From: a bacterium
GTDB lineage: Bacteria > Hinthialibacterota > Hinthialibacteria > Hinthialibacterales > Hinthialibacteraceae
Assembly (NCBI GenBank): GCA_963662285.2
Contig: CAXXMV010000002.1
Location: forward strand, 576,001 to 640,000
Direction of reading: 5' to 3'
Length of the DNA: 64,000 nt
Shown: in pieces, positions 20,745-29,516 of the stretch
Layout: every line of letters begins with the position of its first letter
How positions within the stretch are numbered: the first letter of the stretch is position 1
Notes under the pieces: model-generated
Told to the model about the DNA's origin: nothing
Databases searched by the model: none
The model's input: only the letters and a program-made list of their open reading frames with translations
Made by a program: the position numbers and the translations under genes

Positions 20745-21599
20745 ATGAAATTAGTCCGGGCATTCTCACCTTATTATGCGCTTCATTTTAACAATGGATC
20801 TCGCATGCTCAGTAATCTCGGTAGAAATATATCTACCTGGATGAAGAGTCAACAAAACAATTTGTCTAATCTAATAGATAGTTATGTAGTGCAAATCAGT
20901 TCATTTTTTAATACTAATGTCAAGCCTTTCTTTGATGCTCATCCCGTAATCGGAATAATGGTTATAGTAACTATAGGTTTCGCTCTTACTATTTTTCTGC
21001 TTGCATTGTCAATAATAATCATAAAGAAAGGAATCAAACTTTTAGCGCTGGGCAGCGCGGTTGCCATGCCTCGTGCGCGAAGTCAACATACAGCGGAAGA
21101 AGTCTGGTCATTCGATCCTCATAAGAGACCATCTCCGGATCAGTTAAAAATTACTCAAAAGAACCTGGAGAAGCTTGTGCAACGCGCGCCAGTTTTGGGG
21201 GGGCATGTGCCTAAAAATTCAGATCCATCTCTTAAAGAATTGGCCAGGCGCAACAAAGATTCTGATTATAATTACCGTAATGCGATTTATGTTATGGGGC
21301 CAATAAAAGGAACCAGTTTTGATAACCAATATGAAATCCCAATTGCTATTGATCAGATCAAACGAGTAAGCAATATGATGAAGCAGGCATCGGATTATGA
21401 AACGCTGCCCCTTGATCTGGTTATATTGCGGGCTAAAAAAGGCTCCAACAATTGGGAAATCGAACCGAGTATTGCTCCTGTCAGCTTGGGGAAATCTTTC
21501 CCCGTGAAATGTATTGAGAAAATCATGATACAATACCGAAATACATTTATTTGGGATCAACGAGCAACAAAATCCAAAACCGGTCATGGAACGCGGTAG
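20745..21599 (+). CDS. Hypothetical membrane-anchored protein (frame open upstream to 20559)
   Basis: 284-aa ORF with one long TM segment; no recognised family. Confidence 0.65.
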   Translation: MKLVRAFSPYYALHFNNGSRMLSNLGRNISTWMKSQQNNLSNLIDSYVVQISSFFNTNVKPFFDAHPVIGIMVIVTIGFALTIFLLALSIIIIKKGIKLLALGSAVAMPRARSQHTAEEVWSFDPHKRPSPDQLKITQKNLEKLVQRAPVLGGHVPKNSDPSLKELARRNKDSDYNYRNAIYVMGPIKGTSFDNQYEIPIAIDQIKRVSNMMKQASDYETLPLDLVILRAKKGSNNWEIEPSIAPVSLGKSFPVKCIEKIMIQYRNTFIWDQRATKSKTGHGTR

Positions 21600-21606
21600 G
21601 GTATAT

Positions 21607-21638
21607 AAAAATTCCCCTCAAGACAAGAGGGGAATTTT
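21607..21638. terminator. Bidirectional intrinsic terminator closing the phage-like operon
   Basis: aaaattcccctc-aagacaa-gaggggaatttt between convergent genes. Confidence 0.75.
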
Positions 21639-21684
21639 GAACAAATCCAGCGCTTTCAATACGCATATTGTTTTGTTAACCGTT

Positions 21685-21993
21685 CTAGATAATTTCTATA
21701 GGAATAATATCCAGATTGCCTGCTTTCATGGAAGCATCCGCCAATTGTATTTTGCCATGAAGAATTCCAGCAATATTGGTATCACTGGATTGAACAGTGT
21801 ACTCAGCTATTCCCATTGGAGCATCTCTTTTAACGCAGCCGGTGTGATCAGTATTTTGCAGATCGTTGTCATTATATAAAAGAAAATCCACTGAAAATCC
21901 CGATAAATCTATAGGCGTTCCCTCCTCGTCCCGACATAAGAAAGTTAGCTTCAGGCCATAATCATTTTGGTTTATTCTAATAGAAGAATTCAT
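21685..21993 (-). CDS. BppU-like phage baseplate upper protein domain
   Basis: QND....L.F....GTPIDLSG...G...Y.VQ..DT..AG pattern typical of the BppU N-terminal domain. Confidence 0.65.
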   Translation of the reverse strand: MNSSIRINQNDYGLKLTFLCRDEEGTPIDLSGFSVDFLLYNDNDLQNTDHTGCVKRDAPMGIAEYTVQSSDTNIAGILHGKIQLADASMKAGNLDIIPIEII

Positions 21994-22202
21994 GAATGCA
22001 CCTCGTTTAATGGTTTCCGGGCGAAATGAACTTGAACCGAATGATGGAGAGGTATTGTGATATCGATATATATCCGATGTTGATTATCAGAATCAATACC
22101 TTTTGCGCTCTGCCACTCTTGCCCCAGAAAACGCCCTGATCTGCGTAAGATGGGATCGTCGGAATTAATTGCTGATGAATTATTATTAGTGATATCAGAC
22201 AT
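21990..22202 (-). CDS. Small hypothetical protein of the phage-like operon
   Basis: GGGAGGAG RBS before ATG 22202; ATGA overlap with the next gene. Confidence 0.5.
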   Translation of the reverse strand: MSDITNNNSSAINSDDPILRRSGRFLGQEWQSAKGIDSDNQHRIYIDITIPLHHSVQVHFARKPLNEVHS

Positions 22203-22233
22203 GTTGCATCTCCTCCCTTCAGCTGGTGTTAAG

Positions 22234-23025
22234 TTACCAGGATTGATTAGGCGATAGATAGAAAGTTCCATCGATGGGTGGAGTTGTAGAACGAATTTCT
22301 TTTGATGATTTAACCGCAGAGGAAGCATTTGAATAATATAAAACGCGGAAAAATGTTTCTATGGGAGTCGCGAACAGGATATCATCCGGCGCGGCGAGTT
22401 GAATTTCAATATGAGAGGGTAAATCAGCGGGAACTTTCCTCATGCTGCTATCAATCGCGCTTTGAGCATACCACAATCTGGCGCGGGAATATTCGCGGGA
22501 ACCAATGCGAACCTCATTATTCATATCATCAATAGTTGCAATGATGGCCTGGCTGGCTGATAAGACAGACGCAGTAACGCAAGCAACCATTTCGTTTTTG
22601 TATGGAAGATACGCCGCCTCGGTAAGAGGCGTCAGACCTCCGAGACCGCTTACTTCATTGGCGATTCCCGTAATCCCATGACCTGCGCTGTATAGCGAGT
22701 AGGTCTTATAGGCTTGCGCCGTCACTCCACCGATCAAACCGGAAATCAATATATCATACTGTCCGGGGCTATCTCCACTGGTGGAATAGGAACCTGTAGC
22801 AACGCCAAGTTGCGCAATCGACATTGATCCTGAAGAGAGCGCTGCGCCAAACTGCATGACCGAGTAAGATAAATTTACCGGATTGGTTGGAGAGCCAGTA
22901 ACCGGATCAGAAGCAATAACCAGAAAAGGGATGTTCTCTCCAACTTCAAACATCCCTAAATAATTTTGAGAGAATGCAGGTAAAGAAAAAATCAGTACGT
23001 ATAATGATAATAAAAAGCGTTTCAT
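22234..23025 (-). CDS. Signal-peptide-bearing hypothetical protein (Ig-like N-terminal region)
   Basis: MKRFLLSLYVLIFSLPAFS-Q; AGGAGG RBS. Confidence 0.7.
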   Translation of the reverse strand: MKRFLLSLYVLIFSLPAFSQNYLGMFEVGENIPFLVIASDPVTGSPTNPVNLSYSVMQFGAALSSGSMSIAQLGVATGSYSTSGDSPGQYDILISGLIGGVTAQAYKTYSLYSAGHGITGIANEVSGLGGLTPLTEAAYLPYKNEMVACVTASVLSASQAIIATIDDMNNEVRIGSREYSRARLWYAQSAIDSSMRKVPADLPSHIEIQLAAPDDILFATPIETFFRVLYYSNASSAVKSSKEIRSTTPPIDGTFYLSPNQSW

Positions 23026-23046
23026 GATAAAAACCTCCTGTTTTCT

Positions 23047-23313
23047 TTATACTTTGTCAGAGAAAAAAACGCGCAATACCACGGCGATAAGACTTCCGAC
23101 TAAGGCGCTGACGCATGCCGCCGTCGCTTTAACGCCAGCAAGATCCACCCGGCTGTTATCCACTTTGTTATAGAGATCGATATTCGATTGATGGATATCT
23201 CGAACTGAACATTCGATAGATTCCAATCTTGTGCGAATATGCTCTAATGAAGTTTGTATCTCGACGTACTCTGTGGTGTACCTGGCATCTGATCCGTTCA
23301 TGGCGTTCTCCAT
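23047..23313 (-). CDS. Small coiled-coil protein with C-terminal TM (holin/XhlA-like)
   Basis: Heptad-rich N-terminus followed by a single TM helix; architecture and position typical of phage lysis-cassette proteins. Confidence 0.5.
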   Translation of the reverse strand: MENAMNGSDARYTTEYVEIQTSLEHIRTRLESIECSVRDIHQSNIDLYNKVDNSRVDLAGVKATAACVSALVGSLIAVVLRVFFSDKV

Positions 23314-23344
23314 TTTTTCACTTTGTTATATAAATCACTCCAGA

Positions 23345-24196
23345 TTAATTACACTTTTGCCATCCCGACGAACAGCGGATATAAGCGCCATCCTGGTTAT
23401 CATCGCTGGTATGGTCGAAGTAGATTAAATCGCCCACTTCACCACCGGGTAGAGAGTTATAAACCGGGAGTTTCAATGGACCCGAAAGAGTCAAACGACC
23501 AGTATCGCCATTGAGCAGCATGGAATTTGACTGCGTATCGCTATGCCATGCGAAATTAGCATCAGAATAGAAATCCATAGTACTGGCGGAGATTGCCAAG
23601 CGGTATAATGTTCCGAACAGGCGCAGCTTATCACCGGTGGAATCTTGCGCGAATTTAAATAGCCCTGTAGAGATAACATCCCGCCCGGCTTGAATATCCC
23701 GTTTAATTTGCACATCCCCGTCATCACCCAGAATAACCATTAAATCGGGAACGGTATCACTGTGGAATTTGATGTTCTGATCCGAAGTGATATCCAAATC
23801 GAATGGAGATACGCCTATGCTGTAGGAATGGCTATAGAAGCGTATTTTATCTCCCAGAAAATCGGCGAATTCCATCATGGTTGCAGGTATGATTTTGCCC
23901 GATGACGTCCCTCCACTGGTGGGATCGAGCTGCATATCTGTATTTGACCGGATTACGAATTTTGATCCATCGCCAAAGATATGAAACAAACCCGCATTAT
24001 GGTTCAAAACAAAAGTCGCCGCCTCAATGGTTGATGTTGCGGCGCTGACATCGCCATACAAGGCGCCGCCGGATTTTAACAAAAAGGCGTCTTCGATCTG
24101 CTCTTTCCCTATTAGGGTTTGCGAGCATGAATTTATAGGATTTGAGTAGACAAGAACGATGAATCCAAAAATATAAAACAACTTTGATTTCTTCAT
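23345..24196 (-). CDS. Tail-fibre-like beta-rich protein with apparent signal peptide
   Basis: MKKSKLFYIFGFIVLVYS.. N-terminus; internal repeat GDKIRFYSHSYSIGVS..SDQNIKFHSD / GDKLRLFGTLYRLAIS..SDANFAWHSD. Confidence 0.55.
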   Translation of the reverse strand: MKKSKLFYIFGFIVLVYSNPINSCSQTLIGKEQIEDAFLLKSGGALYGDVSAATSTIEAATFVLNHNAGLFHIFGDGSKFVIRSNTDMQLDPTSGGTSSGKIIPATMMEFADFLGDKIRFYSHSYSIGVSPFDLDITSDQNIKFHSDTVPDLMVILGDDGDVQIKRDIQAGRDVISTGLFKFAQDSTGDKLRLFGTLYRLAISASTMDFYSDANFAWHSDTQSNSMLLNGDTGRLTLSGPLKLPVYNSLPGGEVGDLIYFDHTSDDNQDGAYIRCSSGWQKCN

Positions 24197-24231
24197 GTTG
24201 CACCTCATTGGATTGAAAAAAGATACTGTTT

Positions 24232-25029
24232 CTATTCGATTTCGTAATCGACTATATAGCGGTGTTGAATTCTGTAATGAGCCGAAGGAGATTGATTGAA
24301 GGTATAACTATTACGCGATTCATCCTCCTTGTAATCAATTCCTTGTTGTTGCAAGACGCCGTTAAGATAGATATTCAGGCTTCCGGTGCGGTAAATATGC
24401 CTGGTGAAGAACTGGGTTCGCTCTCCATCCGGCGCTTGATCCGGTGCGGCATCCGTTCCGTGCAGATGGGCTTCGCCAAGCATAAATCTGGGGCGGACAT
24501 CGATGATGTATGACTGGACGTTATCATCCACCGCTACGATAGATTCTGCGCCTACCCGCTGGTATATCTGCGCCAAAACCAATGAATCAGATGGCGTCTC
24601 TGGAGCAATGGGCGTCTCCGCCTCATCTCCCTGAACCACATCCAATTCGCCCGCATCGGTCAGGACAATCAAATCAATACGCGGATATGAAACAGGCGCG
24701 ATGAATACTCCGCCTGCAGGGAGGACTTGCTCCTCCAGCGATCCGGCGAATGATTTTTGTATCACCGCCAATCCAGGACTGACTTTGATCGTCATGTCTG
24801 GAGAATCGGCGGGAGTAATCTTGAGCGAATCATCTCCCATGTTTGTGATAACGGCGGAACTGTTCCTGGCAAAGAGAGACGCGCACGCCTGGTGCAGTAA
24901 TTCGAATGCAGCGGTGATGTTGCCATTCCAACGATTCACTTTCGAAGAAGTTAATGGCGCCTCCTGGAAGACGAAAAGCGCCGAAGTGTTTTCAGTATTT
25001 TCCGGGTTATAACGTCCATACTGAGCCAT
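24232..25029 (-). CDS. Phage tail/baseplate-associated protein
   Basis: MTIKVSPG.A..PRIDLIVL..G..P.AP..P...LAQI..I.DVR pattern plus a C-terminal SLNIYLNGVLQ..G.DY module common in tail proteins. Start at MAQYGRY. Confidence 0.6.
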   Translation of the reverse strand: MAQYGRYNPENTENTSALFVFQEAPLTSSKVNRWNGNITAAFELLHQACASLFARNSSAVITNMGDDSLKITPADSPDMTIKVSPGLAVIQKSFAGSLEEQVLPAGGVFIAPVSYPRIDLIVLTDAGELDVVQGDEAETPIAPETPSDSLVLAQIYQRVGAESIVAVDDNVQSYIIDVRPRFMLGEAHLHGTDAAPDQAPDGERTQFFTRHIYRTGSLNIYLNGVLQQQGIDYKEDESRNSYTFNQSPSAHYRIQHRYIVDYEIE

Positions 25030-25030
25030 T

Positions 25031-26026
25031 TTAAGCCTCCCGGTTATGCAGTGTTTGAACTGACAAAGAGCCTTGATCCTGACGGGTGACAGCGGCGATT
25101 GATACGGCTTCAGCATTTTTATTGCTGCAATCACTGAGGATTTCTCCAAGGCAGGCGCCATCTTCTTGTAAGAGAGTATTAGCAGTTTGAAGCATGTCCT
25201 CATTGGTTGCACTACGAATCCACAACAGGTCAGCGCTTTTGGATAACGCGTCGGAAATATCATCCAGAGTATTTCTTTCTTGCAACAAGCCGCGTTTTTC
25301 CAGAAAGTCTAAAAGTGGATCGTCGCCATCACCAACTATCAACACAGGATTGTCATTTACAAAACCATCTTCAGAACGCTCGCCGGATAGATAGGTGTTA
25401 CGGTCAGCGCTCTTGTATACCAGAGAGCCTTCAAGCACTTCGGTGATATGATCGATCAAACGATAACAGCGCTGTTCGTTATACAACGCTCCCGCCCGGT
25501 GGCCGCATCTACCATTGGGAGAACGGCAAATCGAGCAACTCCATGCATCAAATTTCCAGGCCAGAGAGACTTCGCGATAAATGCCGCCGTCAATATTAAG
25601 CAGCAGGTCTTTGGCGCCGCTGGTATTGCGCAGCCAATAAAACCAAGCCCGTACAAAAAAGACCGGCTCGTTGCTATTCTGCAAATCGCTTTGCACAACT
25701 TCCGCCTTAAAAAAACGTGCGATTGGAAGTGAAGAACGATCATGACCAGTTAACACTGACAATCCGACTACTCGCTGTGCGATTTCATCCAAAGCATTAC
25801 GGGTAAACTGACAACCGTCTGATAAACATGGTTGTGAAGAGCAGAGATACATGCTTCTGATAAAAACCTGTTCCGAAGACAGATTACCCGGGGCGAGTTG
25901 ATTGATAATTTCCATGTCCGATTCGCTAGTCGGAACATCTTCGAACATCGGTTTACCACGGGTTAACATAGTCGGCATTTTGTTTTTAATCTTTGAAAAG
26001 GAGCGTCCACTTAATTGATTGGACAT
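25031..26026 (-). CDS. Putative prohead protease with CxxC..C.H..C motif and an unrelated C-terminal domain
   Basis: GHD, IDGGIYREVS, CSIC..CGH..G..Y...C and EGSLV match the pattern of prohead-protease-type genes found before this capsid family. Confidence 0.65.
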   Translation of the reverse strand: MSNQLSGRSFSKIKNKMPTMLTRGKPMFEDVPTSESDMEIINQLAPGNLSSEQVFIRSMYLCSSQPCLSDGCQFTRNALDEIAQRVVGLSVLTGHDRSSLPIARFFKAEVVQSDLQNSNEPVFFVRAWFYWLRNTSGAKDLLLNIDGGIYREVSLAWKFDAWSCSICRSPNGRCGHRAGALYNEQRCYRLIDHITEVLEGSLVYKSADRNTYLSGERSEDGFVNDNPVLIVGDGDDPLLDFLEKRGLLQERNTLDDISDALSKSADLLWIRSATNEDMLQTANTLLQEDGACLGEILSDCSNKNAEAVSIAAVTRQDQGSLSVQTLHNREA

Positions 26027-26072
26027 AGCGCGCCTCCTGTTTTTTATTTGTTTTCAGATAGATTCAACTTAA

Positions 26073-26726
26073 TTAAATCCAGAAATCCCGGTATTGGATG
26101 GTGCAGAAAAAATCCGCGTTCGATGGCTGCGCTTGCACCGTCACCTGATTGACGCCAACATCAAGTGAAGGAAAATCATCCATTGACCGGGCGAGACTCT
26201 TTTCGTCCTTAAACAATGATCTACTTTCAGAATCGACAATCAGAGATTGTCCTTCATCAAGGGTTTCATCCAATTCGCAGATTCGATTTCCGATGGATAT
26301 TTCCAGATGATGGATGGCTTGAATTGCCTTGATGGATATGTGCAGCGGCGCTATCCAGTTCCCGGCATTGAAAAGCGAAAGAGCTGCGCGTCCGAAGAAA
26401 CCTGATAATGAATGAGTATGAAGCGACAGGCTTCGTTCATAGCGATCACTGGTAAGTGCGGTGAATTCCACCCATGTCCGTGAGCCATGAAGGTTGGGTG
26501 CGGTGTGAAAAGAACGGCGCCGCCCAAGATAAAAACGCCCTGGATGAAGGCTTAGATGAGTCGCGCCCTGATCAAAAGATTCAACAGCATTTTCAAGTAT
26601 ATCCATCGACTTATCTATCATTGATTGAATCCGTATTTCCTTACGGACTTTACTTTTTGCTTCAATGGTATTGACCTGCATAATTGTCGAACGTTTAGGA
26701 AACTCGAAATCGCCAACCGATATCAT
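26073..26726 (-). CDS. Distal tail (Dit)/phage tail family-like protein
   Basis: N.G....P...I, L..G..L.VDS, and FPSL.VG.N.V....I.YR..W C-terminus typical of siphophage Dit proteins. TAATG coupling to the upstream gene. Confidence 0.65.
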   Translation of the reverse strand: MISVGDFEFPKRSTIMQVNTIEAKSKVRKEIRIQSMIDKSMDILENAVESFDQGATHLSLHPGRFYLGRRRSFHTAPNLHGSRTWVEFTALTSDRYERSLSLHTHSLSGFFGRAALSLFNAGNWIAPLHISIKAIQAIHHLEISIGNRICELDETLDEGQSLIVDSESRSLFKDEKSLARSMDDFPSLDVGVNQVTVQAQPSNADFFCTIQYRDFWI

Positions 26727-27118
26727 TATTGATCTCCCTTCGTAACAACCACCGGCGTAGAAACGCTGACGCGAAGATAAGGACGCAACATGCACCAGGA
26801 TTCTTCCCACAAGACTTCTGATAATTTCATCAGATTATTCAAACGGCTTGATTCATTGACTTGCAAACCCGAAGTACGCCAGTCATTGGTCGAAACAGCA
26901 CAAGAAACCACTATTGAACGAAAGATATGAGAAACGGCTAAAAGCGATTCGGCGCTTATAATCTCATTCGTTATCCCGCTTTCATCAGTCAGCATCGTCC
27001 CGGCCAAGATGTCCTCATGCGCTTTTGAAAGATTGTCGAGTAAAAGTTCTGGTGTGATTTCATCGAAATTGCGCAGGTTTGCCGCCTTACGCACGTCACT
27101 TTCAGTTGCAAAACTCAT
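26726..27118 (-). CDS. Putative head-tail adaptor / head-completion protein
   Basis: MSFAT..DVR N-terminus, AE..LA and L.PY C-terminus; located directly after the capsid gene. Confidence 0.6.
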   Translation of the reverse strand: MSFATESDVRKAANLRNFDEITPELLLDNLSKAHEDILAGTMLTDESGITNEIISAESLLAVSHIFRSIVVSCAVSTNDWRTSGLQVNESSRLNNLMKLSEVLWEESWCMLRPYLRVSVSTPVVVTKGDQ

Positions 27119-27148
27119 AGTCCTACTCCATGTTTCTCTTGGAGAATT

Positions 27149-27186
27149 GCGGGGAGCAAGTCGCCCAACAACGACTCGCTCCCCTG
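27149..27186 (-). terminator. Stem-loop downstream of the capsid gene (attenuator or mRNA stabiliser)
   Basis: ggggagc-aagtcg..cgact-cgctcccc hairpin, without a strong U-tract. Confidence 0.5.
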
Positions 27187-27204
27187 TAATGACATCACAC
27201 GCGA

Positions 27205-28269
27205 TTAGGCCGATCCAATGTCTAGTATTTTGCACGAGTCAGTGATGACTTTTGCGAATCCAGCAGTTTCAGAAATAGCTGTTCCTTCGATCTGGCGCCG
27301 GATCAAACGCTCGCTTTCAGTCAACACTCCTGTTTCATAGACTTCTTGTAGCGCAAAGCGTCGATCAAGACCGATGATTTTATTATTCGATACGGATTCA
27401 TCAACAATTAATTCAGCGCCAAAGAGACGGACGTTTTCACCTTTGGTCTGGAAGCCGCCAGTGACGGCGGGTTCGCTGATCTCATCAACGCCCAGCAGCG
27501 TTCCTGCTGTGGTTTTATTGCAGATCATGATATTCATCTGGTAGGGAGCGAAAGAAAGAACGAACGAAACCAGGTCGCTATAGGTTAAAGTTCCAGCAGT
27601 CGCTGCATCAATTTCAACGGCGGGATTGCTATTGCCATCACCATTAATAAGTACATCAATGGCGTCAACAAACTTATCGCGTTGAATCTGAACGCCGATA
27701 CTGCGCAGGAAAACCGAAATAACATTGGCGCGTTTGCGGCGGATTGCTTCATAGGTCGCCTGGAGATAGCGCCCGTATTTCTTGATTTCAACTGAATGTT
27801 CAGCCGTCTTGAGTTCTATTGCAGGTAGCGAAGCGCCTTCGCCGACAATAGCCAGAGATTTATCTCCTGTATCAAATACCGATTCATCCATGTAGATGCT
27901 TTTGTATGAGTTGTCATCGATTTTGACGCGTGCGGCGAGGATGTTTCTCAGTTTATTGAAATCATCAAAACCGGTTTGCACCGAGCGGGAAACATATTCA
28001 GGAAACAGCACTGCACTCTCCTGGGAGGCGAAGAACCGGTCAATTATATCTGCGTCATTGCCGCTCACCCGAATACCAGCCAGAGCCAGCTGCCGTTCGA
28101 ATGCATCAAGTTCCGCATCCTGCGGTGATGGATCCAGGCTCTCCAGATATCCGGTTAGATCGAAGCCGCGTTGCGCGGATTCGGCGTACATGCCTTCATG
28201 CAGAGGAATTGTTGCAGCGCGATGCAAAGTTTCTGGTATGGAATTCAATTTATCTTCTGGAAAAAACAT
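27205..28269 (-). CDS. Phage major capsid protein (HK97 fold)
   Basis: LESLDPS..LDAFERQL..FF..SAVLFPEYVSR, VGEGA.LP, IKKYGR.L.ATYEAIR and VLINGDG; 354 aa. Confidence 0.88.
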   Translation of the reverse strand: MFFPEDKLNSIPETLHRAATIPLHEGMYAESAQRGFDLTGYLESLDPSPQDAELDAFERQLALAGIRVSGNDADIIDRFFASQESAVLFPEYVSRSVQTGFDDFNKLRNILAARVKIDDNSYKSIYMDESVFDTGDKSLAIVGEGASLPAIELKTAEHSVEIKKYGRYLQATYEAIRRKRANVISVFLRSIGVQIQRDKFVDAIDVLINGDGNSNPAVEIDAATAGTLTYSDLVSFVLSFAPYQMNIMICNKTTAGTLLGVDEISEPAVTGGFQTKGENVRLFGAELIVDESVSNNKIIGLDRRFALQEVYETGVLTESERLIRRQIEGTAISETAGFAKVITDSCKILDIGSA

Positions 28270-28345
28270 AATATAAACTCCTTATTTACTCTAAGAATTT
28301 AACTGGTTGTTCTTTTTTTCGTCTTTCAAACCGAGGCGATATCTT

Positions 28346-28753
28346 TTACAGAAGAAGATCGCAGGTACTGCTTCCATCTACCGCAAGAGTGGTTCCACGG
28401 GCGATATTGCCGCCAGCCGGGTCGCCGGATGATTCAGCAATCGCAGGCGCCTGGTACACTTCACCAGCCCCATCAACCACAACGCTGTTGCCGACGCCTG
28501 GGGCCGTCATGCCTGATTTCAACCGGAAACGCGCCACGCCGCGAATTTGCACTGTAGCCAAACCACCTGAAACATGCTCCAAGCGCCCCAACAATTGACC
28601 GCCATTGCTGCCATGATTAATTTGGTTGCTGCCGGAAAGCACGACGGCGTCACCGACATTGGTTTCTTCCAGGTCGTAATCATCACCCGTCTTGTGAATG
28701 TTGAATGTGGCGTATAACGCGCCGATTCCATTGTTATCAACTGTTCTACTCAT
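28346..28753 (-). CDS. Capsid decoration/cement-like protein
   Basis: Gly-rich 135-aa protein directly upstream of the capsid gene; ATVQIRG and VVDGAG.V pattern. Confidence 0.6.
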   Translation of the reverse strand: MSRTVDNNGIGALYATFNIHKTGDDYDLEETNVGDAVVLSGSNQINHGSNGGQLLGRLEHVSGGLATVQIRGVARFRLKSGMTAPGVGNSVVVDGAGEVYQAPAIAESSGDPAGGNIARGTTLAVDGSSTCDLLL

Positions 28754-28812
28754 TGGTTTTCCTCCACTGGATTTTTTTTGGTTGAAACAAGATTTTTCAA
28801 TTACTCAATCTC

Positions 28813-29283
28813 TTAGTCCGCAGCCCCGATGCGGTAATCCGCCAAATCACCGATGCGGGCAGAAGACGCTGAAGCATCTTCTTGAAAACGCGATAATGGT
28901 TTGGTTGGATAGAGGCTTCTAAACTCGTTGGTAATCTGGCGATGCAACATTGCAATCTCACTCAATGGAAAAGAGTTATCCGCAAAAGAACGTTCCATCG
29001 TTTGCAAGCGTTCTCTATCGCCGCTGTAATGGACAATGGCGCGCAAACGAGTCAAAGACTCCTGCTTTTGTTTTTCAACTGCACATCGTCCAAGATCAGC
29101 GTATCGAGAGAGATTCTTTGACTCGTCTTCTAGTCGATTGATAGTTTCAGTTTGAATCTCGTTGCGCTGTTTCTCTGTTTCGACTTCTTTTTCGAGTTGT
29201 TCGCACTGCAAGGCTAATTTTCGTACATCCAGCATTGCCGTGATTTTTTCATTGCGATTATGGTGTTGATTATCAGTAGCCAT
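28813..29283 (-). CDS. Coiled-coil protein, putative capsid scaffold
   Basis: Heptad-rich and charged; first gene of the operon; GAGG RBS. Confidence 0.55.
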   Translation of the reverse strand: MATDNQHHNRNEKITAMLDVRKLALQCEQLEKEVETEKQRNEIQTETINRLEDESKNLSRYADLGRCAVEKQKQESLTRLRAIVHYSGDRERLQTMERSFADNSFPLSEIAMLHRQITNEFRSLYPTKPLSRFQEDASASSARIGDLADYRIGAAD

Positions 29284-29516
29284 TGTTTTTTGACCTCTTT
29301 TTCAAGTCGGTTAAAAAAAACTCCTCTACTAATAGGGAGGATGTCTGCAAAAAAAAGGCGTTAATCTGCATGTCTTTTTTTCAAGACCGGCTTTAATTAT
29401 TAATTTGCAAGGATTTAGGTTCGGTAGTAAAATTTAAAAGAAAGGAATTTCAAACATCAAATATTAACTGAAAAATTAGAAAATCATAAAAAACCGGCCC
29501 TACGCAAGGATCAAAA

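Noticed and set aside
21685-29283. Calling the cluster a complete prophage or an encapsulin operon
   Set aside because: No integrase, att sites, terminase, portal or replication genes for a prophage. Head-completion and tail-type genes, and the lack of a cargo enzyme, argue against a classical encapsulin.
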